Origin: a virus
Taxonomy: Duplodnaviria; Caudoviricetes
IMG/VR virus record: IMGVR_UViG_3300025398_000034
Span: 1-46,089 of that record
Strand: one strand, 5' to 3'
Length of the DNA stretch: 46,089 bases
Shown: piece after piece, positions 34,886 through 44,233 of the stretch
Layout of the letters: each line of letters begins with the position of its first letter
Position numbering within the stretch: the first letter of the stretch is position 1
Notes under the pieces: generated by a model
Seen by the model: only the letters and a program-made list of their open reading frames with translations
What the model was told of the DNA's origin: nothing
Databases searched by the model: none
Position numbers and translations under genes: made by a program

Positions 34886-37433
34886 TTTGTCCTCCTAAGT
34901 AAGATTGGGCACGGTCTTGTAGCTCCAATGCAGTTTTTGCCTGCTCATGTTGCAATTTATCCCCGTCATGGGATAACTTTGCAGATTCAATACGTTCTTT
35001 AGTAAGATTGTTCTCAGTATTCATGGCAACACCCATTTCTGTCTCTGCGGCGAACTTGTCCTCGTCAGCCTTGAGTTTTGCAGATTGCAATGCTTGGTCA
35101 GCCTGCAACTTAGCCTGAGACAATGTCATATCCATCTTGTCTCTCTGTGCCCTACGCTGAGTCTCAGCCATAGAGGTTTGGATCAAAGCTTGAGCTTCTG
35201 GATCTGGCGGTACTGCCTGTTGTTTCAACTGCTGTACTTGTTGCATCATCTGTTGGAAGATAGGCATGACGTATTGGAAAGTCAACTGGGAGTCTTGTTT
35301 CACGTGTTGAGCGGCTAGTGCATAGAGCTTGTCAATGCCATGTGTCACCTTCTCATCGTCATAATCCATGTGTTTATGCTTCAATGCACCGTTAACATAC
35401 TCATTCATGCGATGCTGATACCATTTGCCCAAGTGATCTTGCACGTGCTCAACCATAGGCTGTAGCAATTGAGGCATGACTAATGGATTATTGCCACCAA
35501 AGACAGGATCTTGGTAGAAATCAATGTGGGTTTGGATGTGCGCTAGGTGATCTTGCTCGTCATAAGCCTTGGCAGGCTCTCCACCCATCATCATGATGTT
35601 CTCTTGCGAGGCATCAATCATCTTGTCTTCAGGCTCCATGATCATCAATTCATTGATCTGGGGCACTTTCATCTGCTTTAAGAAGCGTTCTAGTACCTTT
35701 TTAGTCTTGAATTGGTCTGGAAACTGTCCCATCAAGGCCATTACAGCCTGAGTTTGAGCCATTCTCTGCGTTTCAGAGAAGATATGTGGGTCAGAAACAG
35801 GAATAACGTCTGTATTGCGCTTGAAATCATCCCTGTGGATGTCTAAATCAGCAACAACTTCGCCTTTTCTCTGCTCGTCAAGATACCAACGGTTCAATCT
35901 GGCCAAGACTTTGAGCACACGCCCTTGGGATTCATGCAACCTAGCGTGAATTGCTGAGTAAACATGAGCGCCCTGCTCAATCAAGGCTTGGGCAGTACCC
36001 ACAGGCATATTGTTGGTAGCGTCTGCAATCTTCTCTTCAGAGGTAGATACAACGCCTTTGGCGGCTTCCGTTAGCCAACCCAATAGCTCCATAAGCACTG
36101 CGCTTGGAGGATTGAATGGCATGGGCATAGCAATCTTACGTACGTCATCTACGCCCGGTGCGCCCTCGATCTCAGCCACCTGAGTGACCTCAACTTGCTG
36201 TGTCTGCCCTGACATCCTTGCGCCCTTGATCTTGAGCATGGTTGCAGAGTTATTAATGTGGGCAGAGTCCAATAGAGCACGTAAAGCACCCGTCAAAGCG
36301 GCACTCAGTCCACCAATAAGGTGAGGCATTCCAATAGCGTAAGCACCCCTCCAAGGGATAAACTTAAACTCGATCAGGTAATCGAGCTTTGTCATTGTCT
36401 CATCGCCCTCTTCCCAGTTCCTGTAGAGGCCAACGACCTTTTGGTCTAACTCATCCACCATCAAGATGTAAGGAGCATTCTCGCCCTTAGTGCGCTTGTC
36501 CTCGTCAATGTCTAGCCATGTATAGATGTGGTAGACGTTCCTGACTCCATCATCATTGTTTTCCCATTTCTTACCCTCAATCTTGGCGTTAGCCTTCTCC
36601 GAGTAAGTCTCTTCAGGTGTTTGCGAGGCGCGAATCAAGTCGATGTCACGATAAAGTCCTGCCTTTACCCTGCGCTCGAACTCCCATGATGTGATAGTGT
36701 TAACTTCTGTTACCCGTTGTGCGGTATAGAAGTTGGCGCAGGCGTAAGGCAAGTAGATATTGTCAATAGGTACAAATTCAGTACAGGGACGTTTTTTGTC
36801 TTCGTCATACCACATTTTGAGGTACTGTGAGCCACCAAGAGGAAGTTGGGTCAGTAACTGCTCTTGTTCGTCCCTGAACTCTTCAATCTGCTCAGTCAAC
36901 TGCCAGTTCATGTAGTCACGCTTACGCTCTGCTACTTTGACTTTTTCGTCATTGACTTCGCCAATAATCTTTGTGCGGGTTGGGCCATCTGGTGGGAAAA
37001 GCTCTTTAATGGCTCTAGACGCAAAGTCTACGCAAGCTTCTGCCATGATAGGGTGAACGACTTTAGAGGCTCCTAGGAAGTTTGCGCCTCCGGGTGCATC
37101 CTTACCCATACCAGTCCGGCGTAAGCCCTCCTCGTACTGTTTATCGCGCTCCTCGCGGCTCTTCTTGTCATTGTCAATCAAGTCCATGTAATGCATGGCT
37201 ATCTTGTTCAAGTCATAAGGGTCAAACACCTCTGCCAAGTTCTGGTAAAAGTCTTCGTCCTCATCAGGAGATGAATAGTTTTCTAGGTTAACAACGGCCG
37301 AACCATCAGCCTGCTCTTCAACGTCTAAGTCTTCATCATTGATGTCAACGGCCACACTTCCATCTTCATCAGGCTCTGATATGCCTTGAATGAATCGGTT
37401 GTAATCTTGTGGTACGGGCATTTGAGTAGCCAT
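34878..37433 (-). CDS. Portal protein (P22-like, long C-terminal coiled coil), 851 aa
   Basis: HPIMAEACVDF, ELFPPDGP, LPLGGSQY.K.W.D, FIPWRGAYAIG, PVGTA.ALIEQG, Gln-rich C-terminal helix; position after terL. Confidence 0.85.
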   Translation of the reverse strand: MATQMPVPQDYNRFIQGISEPDEDGSVAVDINDEDLDVEEQADGSAVVNLENYSSPDEDEDFYQNLAEVFDPYDLNKIAMHYMDLIDNDKKSREERDKQYEEGLRRTGMGKDAPGGANFLGASKVVHPIMAEACVDFASRAIKELFPPDGPTRTKIIGEVNDEKVKVAERKRDYMNWQLTEQIEEFRDEQEQLLTQLPLGGSQYLKMWYDEDKKRPCTEFVPIDNIYLPYACANFYTAQRVTEVNTITSWEFERRVKAGLYRDIDLIRASQTPEETYSEKANAKIEGKKWENNDDGVRNVYHIYTWLDIDEDKRTKGENAPYILMVDELDQKVVGLYRNWEEGDETMTKLDYLIEFKFIPWRGAYAIGMPHLIGGLSAALTGALRALLDSAHINNSATMLKIKGARMSGQTQQVEVTQVAEIEGAPGVDDVRKIAMPMPFNPPSAVLMELLGWLTEAAKGVVSTSEEKIADATNNMPVGTAQALIEQGAHVYSAIHARLHESQGRVLKVLARLNRWYLDEQRKGEVVADLDIHRDDFKRNTDVIPVSDPHIFSETQRMAQTQAVMALMGQFPDQFKTKKVLERFLKQMKVPQINELMIMEPEDKMIDASQENIMMMGGEPAKAYDEQDHLAHIQTHIDFYQDPVFGGNNPLVMPQLLQPMVEHVQDHLGKWYQHRMNEYVNGALKHKHMDYDDEKVTHGIDKLYALAAQHVKQDSQLTFQYVMPIFQQMMQQVQQLKQQAVPPDPEAQALIQTSMAETQRRAQRDKMDMTLSQAKLQADQALQSAKLKADEDKFAAETEMGVAMNTENNLTKERIESAKLSHDGDKLQHEQAKTALELQDRAQSYLGGQNV

Positions 37434-37435
37434 AA

Positions 37436-40400
37436 TTATTTCCTTTTGAATGCTTTATTTTGCAATTCCATTTGCATTGCGTCAGAATTCTTTGTTACCT
37501 TAACTTTGCCGCCCTTTTTCTTGCCAGTCAGAGCTTTCATCTGTTTTTGATATTCGCCAATTTCGTCAATCAGTTGTTGATCAATAGGCTGTCTAGGGCC
37601 AACCATGCCAAATGATCCAAACTCTTGTGGCGATTGCTTTGGGTTTGCCCTTACTGCCTTAACTGTGTCAGGGAAAGACAACTCATAAGGAACAGGATAT
37701 GGCGAGGTTCCCAAGAAAGAACCGGGGATGTCATGCGAATAAGTGGGATGGCTAGAGTAATCCAATGGCTGATCTGGCCTCATCTCACCAATTGACTTGC
37801 CAGTTACGCCTATCTCTAGATTGCGTAAGCTAGGCTCAGTGATTGCATGGGCAATGTCTTGGCCTCTAGGTATGCCAATCTCTTCGCTTAAAGTAGGCTT
37901 CATCATTAACTGATTGAAGTGCTTTCTAAGCTTGGGATCCATCTGCATCTGCATATAAGCATTGCCAATGTCTTCAACAGTCTCAAAGTTTGGTCTTGGG
38001 CCTTTAGACAACGGGCCACCCTTACGAATCAATTCATTGAGCTTTTCTATCTGCTCAGGAGTCATGCCAGACTTTGCAATAGCATTCAAATTGGCATCAG
38101 CAAGGTGTTGGGCATAGTAGTAGCTATTTGGCCCCATCATGACATAGTTACCCAATACTGGGGCGTTATATGCCTGCGAAGCTTCTTTGGCTAAGTTCTG
38201 TACGCCTTGTGCAGGGCCAAGTCCAGATGCCCAGAAGACATCTTTACCTTGTCCATACAATGGGCCGCCATGCTGTGGTGATGGAGACTCCAACTCGATG
38301 TCACCCACTTTGTGTAAGGTCTGGTTAGTAACAGTAGGATCACCTTTGATCCCAATCATTACCTTGCCCTTATGCTTGGCTAGGTCAACCATCTCAGGGT
38401 CAGGCATGGGTGTATCGACTCGAATGTCTACAGGCAAAGACTTCTCACGCATAAATTGCTTGTTAGACTTGCCTGCAACACCACTGACTTCACCTGTGAC
38501 TTGTGGTGCCATGCGTTCAGCAATAGCTCTGATCTCACTAATAGTCTTTGGGGCGGCTCTTTCAAGCATCTTGGCTATAGCTCCACCACCCGCAAACTTC
38601 CTGTCGCTCAACTCCATCATCATTGCGTCTGGATTGTCGCTAATGTGAACCTTTCCACCACGCTTGAACTGTGGCGTTGCATCAGGCGTTCCACTTACTG
38701 TGCCCAAGTCAACTGGTGCTTGTGTATCTTTTGGAAGATAAGACTTCAATTCTTCGTCAATTGGCGCGTTCTCTCCATGGATTTGCTTGAGATTGTTATA
38801 TTTGTGAATCAAAGGCATTACGGTTTCATAATCTTCTGTTGGCATAAATCTTGGAAGATCAAAGCCACTTGCCTTGCCTATATCTTGTGCGCCAGTCATT
38901 ACTGTATCGTGCAATCCAGTATTATGTAGATCACCCACATCACTCCAGTTACCTGACTTTACAAAGTCTTGAACAAAAGGGAGGTATTGCTCGTTAGGAG
39001 CACGATTCTGCTTGCCTTTGATTTGAGTAATGTCAAGATTTTGTGGAATGTTTAAATCATCAAATAAATATTGAGCATGGCTCAATTTTTCTTCTGGACT
39101 GGGTCTGTAATCAATGTTATAAATCCAATTTTCAAAACGTCTGTTAAATTCGTCTTGAACTTCTCTAGGTTGTTTATGAAGATGTTCTTCAGTAGGATTT
39201 GATTGTGCAACTTCAATTGTAGTATGTGGATTGCCTTTAGGGTCAACCAATGAGTAAACCTTAGCTTTCCCACTCTTAATGGCTTCCCATCCACCGTGAC
39301 CATAATAGTCGCTACCTGAGTCACCAGATTCTGGTATCCAATCAGGATGGCCTTCTGGTGGCTCGTATCCACGAACCGAGTGACCCATGGCTTGTGATTC
39401 TGCGGCAAATTGTCCGGGTTGATCTAACTGCACCCACTTCATTCCATTGGGATACTCTTTATGCAAAGTCATTTCATCAAGCTTTTTAGCTTGAGCTTCT
39501 TGCATCTTCTTAGCTAATGCTAAATCATAGTCAGCAGTCTTGCGTACTGCCTGCTCTATGCTAATGTTTTTCAACTCTTCGGGTTTCAAACGCCCAGTAG
39601 TTAAATTTTCTTTCAACACATCTAATACGTGATCAAAGCCTAGGCCGCCAGTTTGGGCTGAATAAACACGAGTATTTGGATCGAGCTTGTTTACAAATGG
39701 GTTTTCTTCAAGAAGTTCTTTGTTGTATTCTAAATCGTGAGAATGTAGATTTAGTTGTTTGGCCAAAGCTTTAGAAAATGTATCATCTCCAACAATTTGT
39801 TCTTTATCGTCATTAGCAATGTTTCTAACAAAATTGTTTTCTTGTTCTGGGCTTAGATTCAGACCTTTGTCTCTGATATGTTGTATTAACTTTTGATTTA
39901 AATCATCATGCGCTTTTAATGATTCTTGTTTGGCTTGCTCAAGTTGTGCCAGTCTTTCTGGCGCTTCTTGTATGCTTTTGGCTTTTTTAGGATTAATTGA
40001 CATATCAGAAATGTCTTCCCAACTCTTTGCCTGCGTTGACTTACCCATTCCTTTAAGAGGAAAACCTTCATCAACTCGCATTTGATCTAGTAGCTCATTG
40101 ACATCTTCCAATGGAACATGAGCAACGTGCTTTGTACTTAATTCTTTTTCATTCTCAGCTTCAGTTCTTAATCTATTAGCTTCACGCTGAAAGTTTGCCT
40201 GTCTTCTAGGATCTGGTTCGCTTTGTGCCCTTTCAGTAAGACGATCAGCCTTTGCAATGTCTTTGCTGTACTTGCTGTTAATTTCATTGATTCGATTGTC
40301 AATCATTAACCGAATTGGGTCTTCAGGCGTACCCATTTGATTCTTGACGTAGTTGGTTAGATTCTTTTCAATCCAGTTGTTTAAGGCAACATCTTTTTGT

Positions 40401-40987
40401 AAATTATTTTTGCTATTATGGAAAACTTGTTGTGCTTCAGGTGAAGACTTTTTCATCTCTTCTGATTGAATATAGTCTTCTAATTGGTTCAATAAGTCTT
40501 CAGGTTTTCCACCACCTGCTGTTGTTTGCTTTAATCTTTTTAAATTTTGCTCAACGCTGTTGTTTAGCCAATTACCACCCTTGGGCTTGATCACAAAGTT
40601 GGCTGTAGGTGCTCCATAAGGGAACATCTGTCCGGACAAGAACCGCTTATTGAGTTCCTCTCCTGCCATCTTTCCAACGGCTTTAGCGCCCTTTCCTGCC
40701 ACATTAGCTAGGTCAGGCGCATAAGGTGCCACATCTAAAGCAAAGTCTCTTACATCAGGCGCTAGGTTCTGTGTACCGCCTAATCCACCTGCGCCAGTAG
40801 TCAAAGGCTTGCCATATGACCTGTTCTTAAAGAATTCAGCGCCAGACTCTAATGGTAATAGGTTGGCAAAGTTAAAGCCTCTTGGCTTGATCTCTTGGCC
40901 ATCAACTGTAGGGTGAGCCATGAATTCAAGTGCTTTTGCTAATGCGCCTGTGATTGGCTCTTGTGGCGATGCCTTTAGTTCAGCCAT
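37436..40987 (-). CDS. Large polyvalent-type protein with a PcfJ-like domain, 1183 aa
   Basis: ESQAMGHSVRGY...KVYSLVDPKGNPHTTIEV...ITQIKGKQNRAP; GAGG RBS; sits between terL and portal. Confidence 0.6.
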   Translation of the reverse strand: MAELKASPQEPITGALAKALEFMAHPTVDGQEIKPRGFNFANLLPLESGAEFFKNRSYGKPLTTGAGGLGGTQNLAPDVRDFALDVAPYAPDLANVAGKGAKAVGKMAGEELNKRFLSGQMFPYGAPTANFVIKPKGGNWLNNSVEQNLKRLKQTTAGGGKPEDLLNQLEDYIQSEEMKKSSPEAQQVFHNSKNNLQKDVALNNWIEKNLTNYVKNQMGTPEDPIRLMIDNRINEINSKYSKDIAKADRLTERAQSEPDPRRQANFQREANRLRTEAENEKELSTKHVAHVPLEDVNELLDQMRVDEGFPLKGMGKSTQAKSWEDISDMSINPKKAKSIQEAPERLAQLEQAKQESLKAHDDLNQKLIQHIRDKGLNLSPEQENNFVRNIANDDKEQIVGDDTFSKALAKQLNLHSHDLEYNKELLEENPFVNKLDPNTRVYSAQTGGLGFDHVLDVLKENLTTGRLKPEELKNISIEQAVRKTADYDLALAKKMQEAQAKKLDEMTLHKEYPNGMKWVQLDQPGQFAAESQAMGHSVRGYEPPEGHPDWIPESGDSGSDYYGHGGWEAIKSGKAKVYSLVDPKGNPHTTIEVAQSNPTEEHLHKQPREVQDEFNRRFENWIYNIDYRPSPEEKLSHAQYLFDDLNIPQNLDITQIKGKQNRAPNEQYLPFVQDFVKSGNWSDVGDLHNTGLHDTVMTGAQDIGKASGFDLPRFMPTEDYETVMPLIHKYNNLKQIHGENAPIDEELKSYLPKDTQAPVDLGTVSGTPDATPQFKRGGKVHISDNPDAMMMELSDRKFAGGGAIAKMLERAAPKTISEIRAIAERMAPQVTGEVSGVAGKSNKQFMREKSLPVDIRVDTPMPDPEMVDLAKHKGKVMIGIKGDPTVTNQTLHKVGDIELESPSPQHGGPLYGQGKDVFWASGLGPAQGVQNLAKEASQAYNAPVLGNYVMMGPNSYYYAQHLADANLNAIAKSGMTPEQIEKLNELIRKGGPLSKGPRPNFETVEDIGNAYMQMQMDPKLRKHFNQLMMKPTLSEEIGIPRGQDIAHAITEPSLRNLEIGVTGKSIGEMRPDQPLDYSSHPTYSHDIPGSFLGTSPYPVPYELSFPDTVKAVRANPKQSPQEFGSFGMVGPRQPIDQQLIDEIGEYQKQMKALTGKKKGGKVKVTKNSDAMQMELQNKAFKRK

Positions 40988-41015
40988 GTAAACCTCGTAG
41001 GGTAAGGATACGCTG

Positions 41016-41044
41016 ATTATGCCAACAGTTAGACAAAAGGTCTA
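41016..41044 (-). promoter_or_regulatory. Putative promoter for the 1183-aa gene and head operon
   Basis: TAGACC-N17-CATAAT with an extended -10 TG. Confidence 0.45.
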
Positions 41045-41046
41045 GA

Positions 41047-42468
41047 TTATTGAGCATAAGGGTTGCCTTTATTCCTAGACTGGCCAGAGTCTACATAATC
41101 CTCTTCATCATAGTCATCAGGTCTTGGGCCATCTACATCCAACCATCCAGAGTCCCTTAGATACCGCAAAGCCTGAGTAATGGCATCTACGTAGTCATCA
41201 TGTGCAGACTCAGGGAATGAACAGATCTGGCTCACCATACCCTCAGCCCAATCACGAACGAAACCTTTATTCTTACTTGACTCAGGTATCCAGACTCTGC
41301 CGTGGGCAATGACTGGGCTTACCACGTTGAGGCGTTGCACCTTGTCAATGCGGCCGGGGTTATAGGCTCTAACGGGTAAGTGCGCCCTTTGCAGGTCTTG
41401 GATCAACTGAATGCCTGCTGACTTATCCTCCACCAGAATCAAGTCTATGCGCTTCTTGTCCTTGCCCTCACCATAGACTACCTCGTACTCTTGTTTGACC
41501 TTTGGGCGTAGATCTGGATACTGCAGGCGGTCTTGCCAACAGTCAATCACCATACAACTCATGGCACCATCGGTAGGCTTGAACACGCCCAGAGTCACAC
41601 ACGCTGTAGCATCATTGACCGTCTTTTCTGATGTTGCACAGTCATAAGACTGGATAATGTACTCGAACTTAGGGTAAGCCTTGCCGTTTGGCCATAGCTT
41701 AAACATACTGCGCTTGATGATTCCAGTGTCCTCGGGATCGAGGATCTCAGCATAAATCTCCTGCCGCCCTAGTTTGGTGCCTTCATACTGCAGAATCTGT
41801 TTCCTAAAGCTTGGCGCTAGGTTGTCAATATTAGTGTAGGTTGAGGCGGTAGTAACGCATACATCATCCCCATCCCTGCCTACCAGATCAACAATCAAGT
41901 CCTTTGGCCGTGGCGTTGTCGTACAGATTATGCGAGTCTTGGCTCCCAAGCGCACCGAGAACTGGATCTGATCCCACGCTTCCTGCAGGTAATCCCATGC
42001 CGCCAACTCATCACACCATGACCCATGCCACTGTCCACCCCTGAAACGCTCAGGCTCTGATGCGGGAATACCCTTAATCAGGCTACCGTTGATCAGGATG
42101 ATTTCACTGAAGCTCTTGTTGTAATCTTGTATAAGTTCACTGGGTATGACATTGATCAGTCCAGAGTCACCCTCAAAGCAAGTACCCCGTACGTCAGCAG
42201 AAGTCGGAGCGGCCACTAACCATCTAGTCTTTGGCTCACTCCATGCCCACCAGAATATTTGCTCACTGGCCATACGAGTCTTGCCTGCACCCCTCCCTGC
42301 AAGGACAAGGTGTATATTGAACCAGTCGCCCTGTGGCGGTATTTGGTGCTTATGAGCCTGTTTGAGCCATAATAAACGCTTTGCGTACGCTATTTGGTCT
42401 AAGTCATCTAAGTTGTCAAAGGCTTGCTGTACGCTTGGATCGAGCAATACATCGAATACATCACTCAT
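41047..42468 (-). CDS. terL: Terminase large subunit, 473 aa
   Basis: Walker A AGRGAGKT, Walker B WCDELA, TTTP coupling motif, RNase H-like QSYD..., VEDKSAG, HDDYVDA. Confidence 0.95.
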   Translation of the reverse strand: MSDVFDVLLDPSVQQAFDNLDDLDQIAYAKRLLWLKQAHKHQIPPQGDWFNIHLVLAGRGAGKTRMASEQIFWWAWSEPKTRWLVAAPTSADVRGTCFEGDSGLINVIPSELIQDYNKSFSEIILINGSLIKGIPASEPERFRGGQWHGSWCDELAAWDYLQEAWDQIQFSVRLGAKTRIICTTTPRPKDLIVDLVGRDGDDVCVTTASTYTNIDNLAPSFRKQILQYEGTKLGRQEIYAEILDPEDTGIIKRSMFKLWPNGKAYPKFEYIIQSYDCATSEKTVNDATACVTLGVFKPTDGAMSCMVIDCWQDRLQYPDLRPKVKQEYEVVYGEGKDKKRIDLILVEDKSAGIQLIQDLQRAHLPVRAYNPGRIDKVQRLNVVSPVIAHGRVWIPESSKNKGFVRDWAEGMVSQICSFPESAHDDYVDAITQALRYLRDSGWLDVDGPRPDDYDEEDYVDSGQSRNKGNPYAQ

Positions 42469-42805
42469 TAATTGACTTCAGTTCGATGTTCTTTATAACC
42501 TCGTCCATCATTTCCTTAGCCCGAATCCTGTGCTCATGGACAACAGGGTTTTCAGCGTCCCCCACAACTTCTGTCCTAGCAAGCTTAGGAATATGGTACT
42601 CAACCACCGTCTGAAACATATCGAAAGCTTTGGCAGGGTTGGGCTTGATATCATGAGTAGGGTCACCATTGGCCACCGCATCGAGCCACTCAGTGAGCCT
42701 GTGCGCGTTTCCATCGACAAAGGTAGCTATGGCCTGTCGAGCCTCGTTTGTAGCCTTGTTGGGCGTTCCTGCCTGTCTACCGCCCGTCTTCTTGCCTACA
42801 GTCAT
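42461..42805 (-). CDS. terS: Terminase small subunit (probable), 114 aa from ATG 42805
   Basis: GKKTGGRQAGTPNKAT N-terminus, EYHIPKLARTE; overlaps the terL start; GGAGG RBS. Confidence 0.7.
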   Translation of the reverse strand: MTVGKKTGGRQAGTPNKATNEARQAIATFVDGNAHRLTEWLDAVANGDPTHDIKPNPAKAFDMFQTVVEYHIPKLARTEVVGDAENPVVHEHRIRAKEMMDEVIKNIELKSINE

Positions 42806-42865
42806 AATCGTCCCTCCAAGTAAATCTATTTCAGATAAGTAAGTGTTTACTAACAACCTGCTATT

Positions 42866-43141
42866 TTAGCCTTGCATGACCCTTCTGTTGAGTCGGTTGA
42901 TGTTGTCTTTTTGCTCTTCAATTGTTTCGTTAGCCAATGCTAACTTGTTTTCTAAGTATCTTATCCTGCTTTGAGCATACTCTACCCAGTTCATCCAGTC
43001 CATGCTTGTAGACTCTATGTCTTCGACTGTTGGTACTTTTGGCTTTGGTGCCTTTGTTGTCTTTGCGTCTATAGTCTTCTGGCTTAGTGCCTTAGACTTG
43101 TATGCCTTTGTCGGCGGCTTGGTTAGTTCTTTAGTAGTCAT
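42866..43141 (-). CDS. Hypothetical basic coiled-coil protein, 91 aa
   Basis: TAATG coupling to the upstream ORF; W..WVEYA.SR+.YL followed by a coiled coil. Confidence 0.7.
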   Translation of the reverse strand: MTTKELTKPPTKAYKSKALSQKTIDAKTTKAPKPKVPTVEDIESTSMDWMNWVEYAQSRIRYLENKLALANETIEEQKDNINRLNRRVMQG

Positions 43142-43377
43142 TATTTGTTCCTATCCTTTAAAGCGCGCGACAATTCTTTGGCTAACGCAAATATATCCTG
43201 ACCTTTGCAGAAGTTTGCAATCTCAAATACTTCGTCATCGGTTAAGTCCACCCATATTGATGGCGGCTCGTCTATTGACTTCAAAGGGCACTTAGGGAGT
43301 ATGTTCTTTGCCCAATCCATGCGGCGAATCATGCGCTCGAACTCTTCGTCTTCTTCCCGCGATATTGTGGTATTCAT
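43141..43377 (-). CDS. Hypothetical protein with WVDLTDDEV...LAKELSRALKDRN module, 78 aa
   Basis: Coupled ORF; module repeated in neighbouring ORFs. Confidence 0.7.
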   Translation of the reverse strand: MNTTISREEDEEFERMIRRMDWAKNILPKCPLKSIDEPPSIWVDLTDDEVFEIANFCKGQDIFALAKELSRALKDRNK

Positions 43378-43622
43378 ACCGTCTCACCTACACCGTGCTC
43401 TTTTTCGATGTCTCTAGCCAGTTGCCGCCAATCTAGGCTATGTCTGTACAGAGCATAGACTCGGTCATCAGTAAGTGGGTCTTTATGAAACCGTGCGAGC
43501 AATTCTGTTTTGCGCCGCACATCTGCCTCATATTCAATGAGCAGTTTACGCAATTCACTTATCTCTGACTTCAGCGCTTGCGTTTCTTCCGAGCTTGGCA
43601 AGTGGATTGTGTAAGTGGTCAT
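43374..43622 (-). CDS. Hypothetical protein with PLTDD...LARDIEKEHG module, 82 aa
   Basis: AAGGAG RBS; ATGA coupling downstream. Confidence 0.75.
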   Translation of the reverse strand: MTTYTIHLPSSEETQALKSEISELRKLLIEYEADVRRKTELLARFHKDPLTDDRVYALYRHSLDWRQLARDIEKEHGVGETV

Positions 43623-43662
43623 GGTCGGTCTCCTTTTAAATTAACGGCCTCCATGACTCAGT

Positions 43663-43692
43663 ATTTTAATCGATTGTTAACAGTCAAGTCAA
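43663..43692 (-). promoter_or_regulatory. Putative sigma70 promoter
   Basis: TTGACT-N18-TAAAAT in an intergenic gap. Confidence 0.55.
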
Positions 43693-43704
43693 CTAAAAGT
43701 TTAA

Positions 43705-43899
43705 TTATTCCACTATTTCTGTTGCTAAAATTGCCTGCAAGCCTGCCAATAACTGTTCGGCCTCTGCCTTTGTGAAGACAACAAAATTAGAGCCATGGCT
43801 ATGCTGTAGGCTTAACCAAGCGCCGCCCTCGTTCCAGTCTGACAGTGATACCCTAACGCCGTCTTTTGTCTTGATGATTGTTTCGTTTTCTAATGTCAT
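43705..43899 (-). CDS. Hypothetical protein, 64 aa
   Basis: AAGGA RBS; beta-beta-beta-alpha pattern. Confidence 0.7.
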   Translation of the reverse strand: MTLENETIIKTKDGVRVSLSDWNEGGAWLSLQHSHGSNFVVFTKAEAEQLLAGLQAILATEIVE

Positions 43900-43914
43900 G
43901 ATGGTTCCTTTTGG

Positions 43915-44151
43915 TTAAATGTCGTACAAGTAAGCGGCTGTCATTTCGTCAGCGTGGTCGGCATAATCACCCTTTGCGAAATCTTCTAGTTCGCTCAATT
44001 CATATTTGTCCAAGTCATAGGTGACATTGGTGCCTGATGCATCAAAGACGAACACATCAAAGTATTGGCCGTAGCCATCGTTACATACGTCATATGCTAC
44101 TGTATAGCCATCTGTATTAACTTGGAATTTAAAGTCTGTGGGTTTAATCAT
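43915..44151 (-). CDS. Small acidic, aromatic-rich hypothetical protein, 78 aa
   Basis: First ORF behind a strong promoter; 17 Asp/Glu versus 4 Lys. Confidence 0.7.
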   Translation of the reverse strand: MIKPTDFKFQVNTDGYTVAYDVCNDGYGQYFDVFVFDASGTNVTYDLDKYELSELEDFAKGDYADHADEMTAAYLYDI

Positions 44152-44166
44152 TTTGTTTCTTTCAAG

Positions 44167-44185
44167 TAACCTGCTCTGTTGCAGT
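44167..44185 (-). repeat. Leader repeat copy 1 (ACTGCAACAGAGCAGGTTA)
   Basis: Matches 44925-44942 apart from a 1-nt indel; same position relative to the -10 box. Confidence 0.8.
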
Positions 44186-44191
44186 ACGTTA

Positions 44192-44221
44192 ATTATAAGT
44201 TAAAGTAAATACCTCATGCAA
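44192..44221 (-). promoter_or_regulatory. Sigma70 promoter
   Basis: TTGCAT-N18-TATAAT. Confidence 0.7.
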
Positions 44222-44233
44222 CTGTAGGGTTAT

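Noticed and set aside
41047-42468. Intron or intein in terL (also checked capsid and portal)
   Set aside because: Motif spacing and lengths are normal; no intein termini or frame breaks seen
42770-42800. KKTGGR in TerS as a member of the GG-tag set
   Set aside because: It belongs to the GGR..G.PNK N-terminal motif common in small terminases and lacks the hydrophobic flanks
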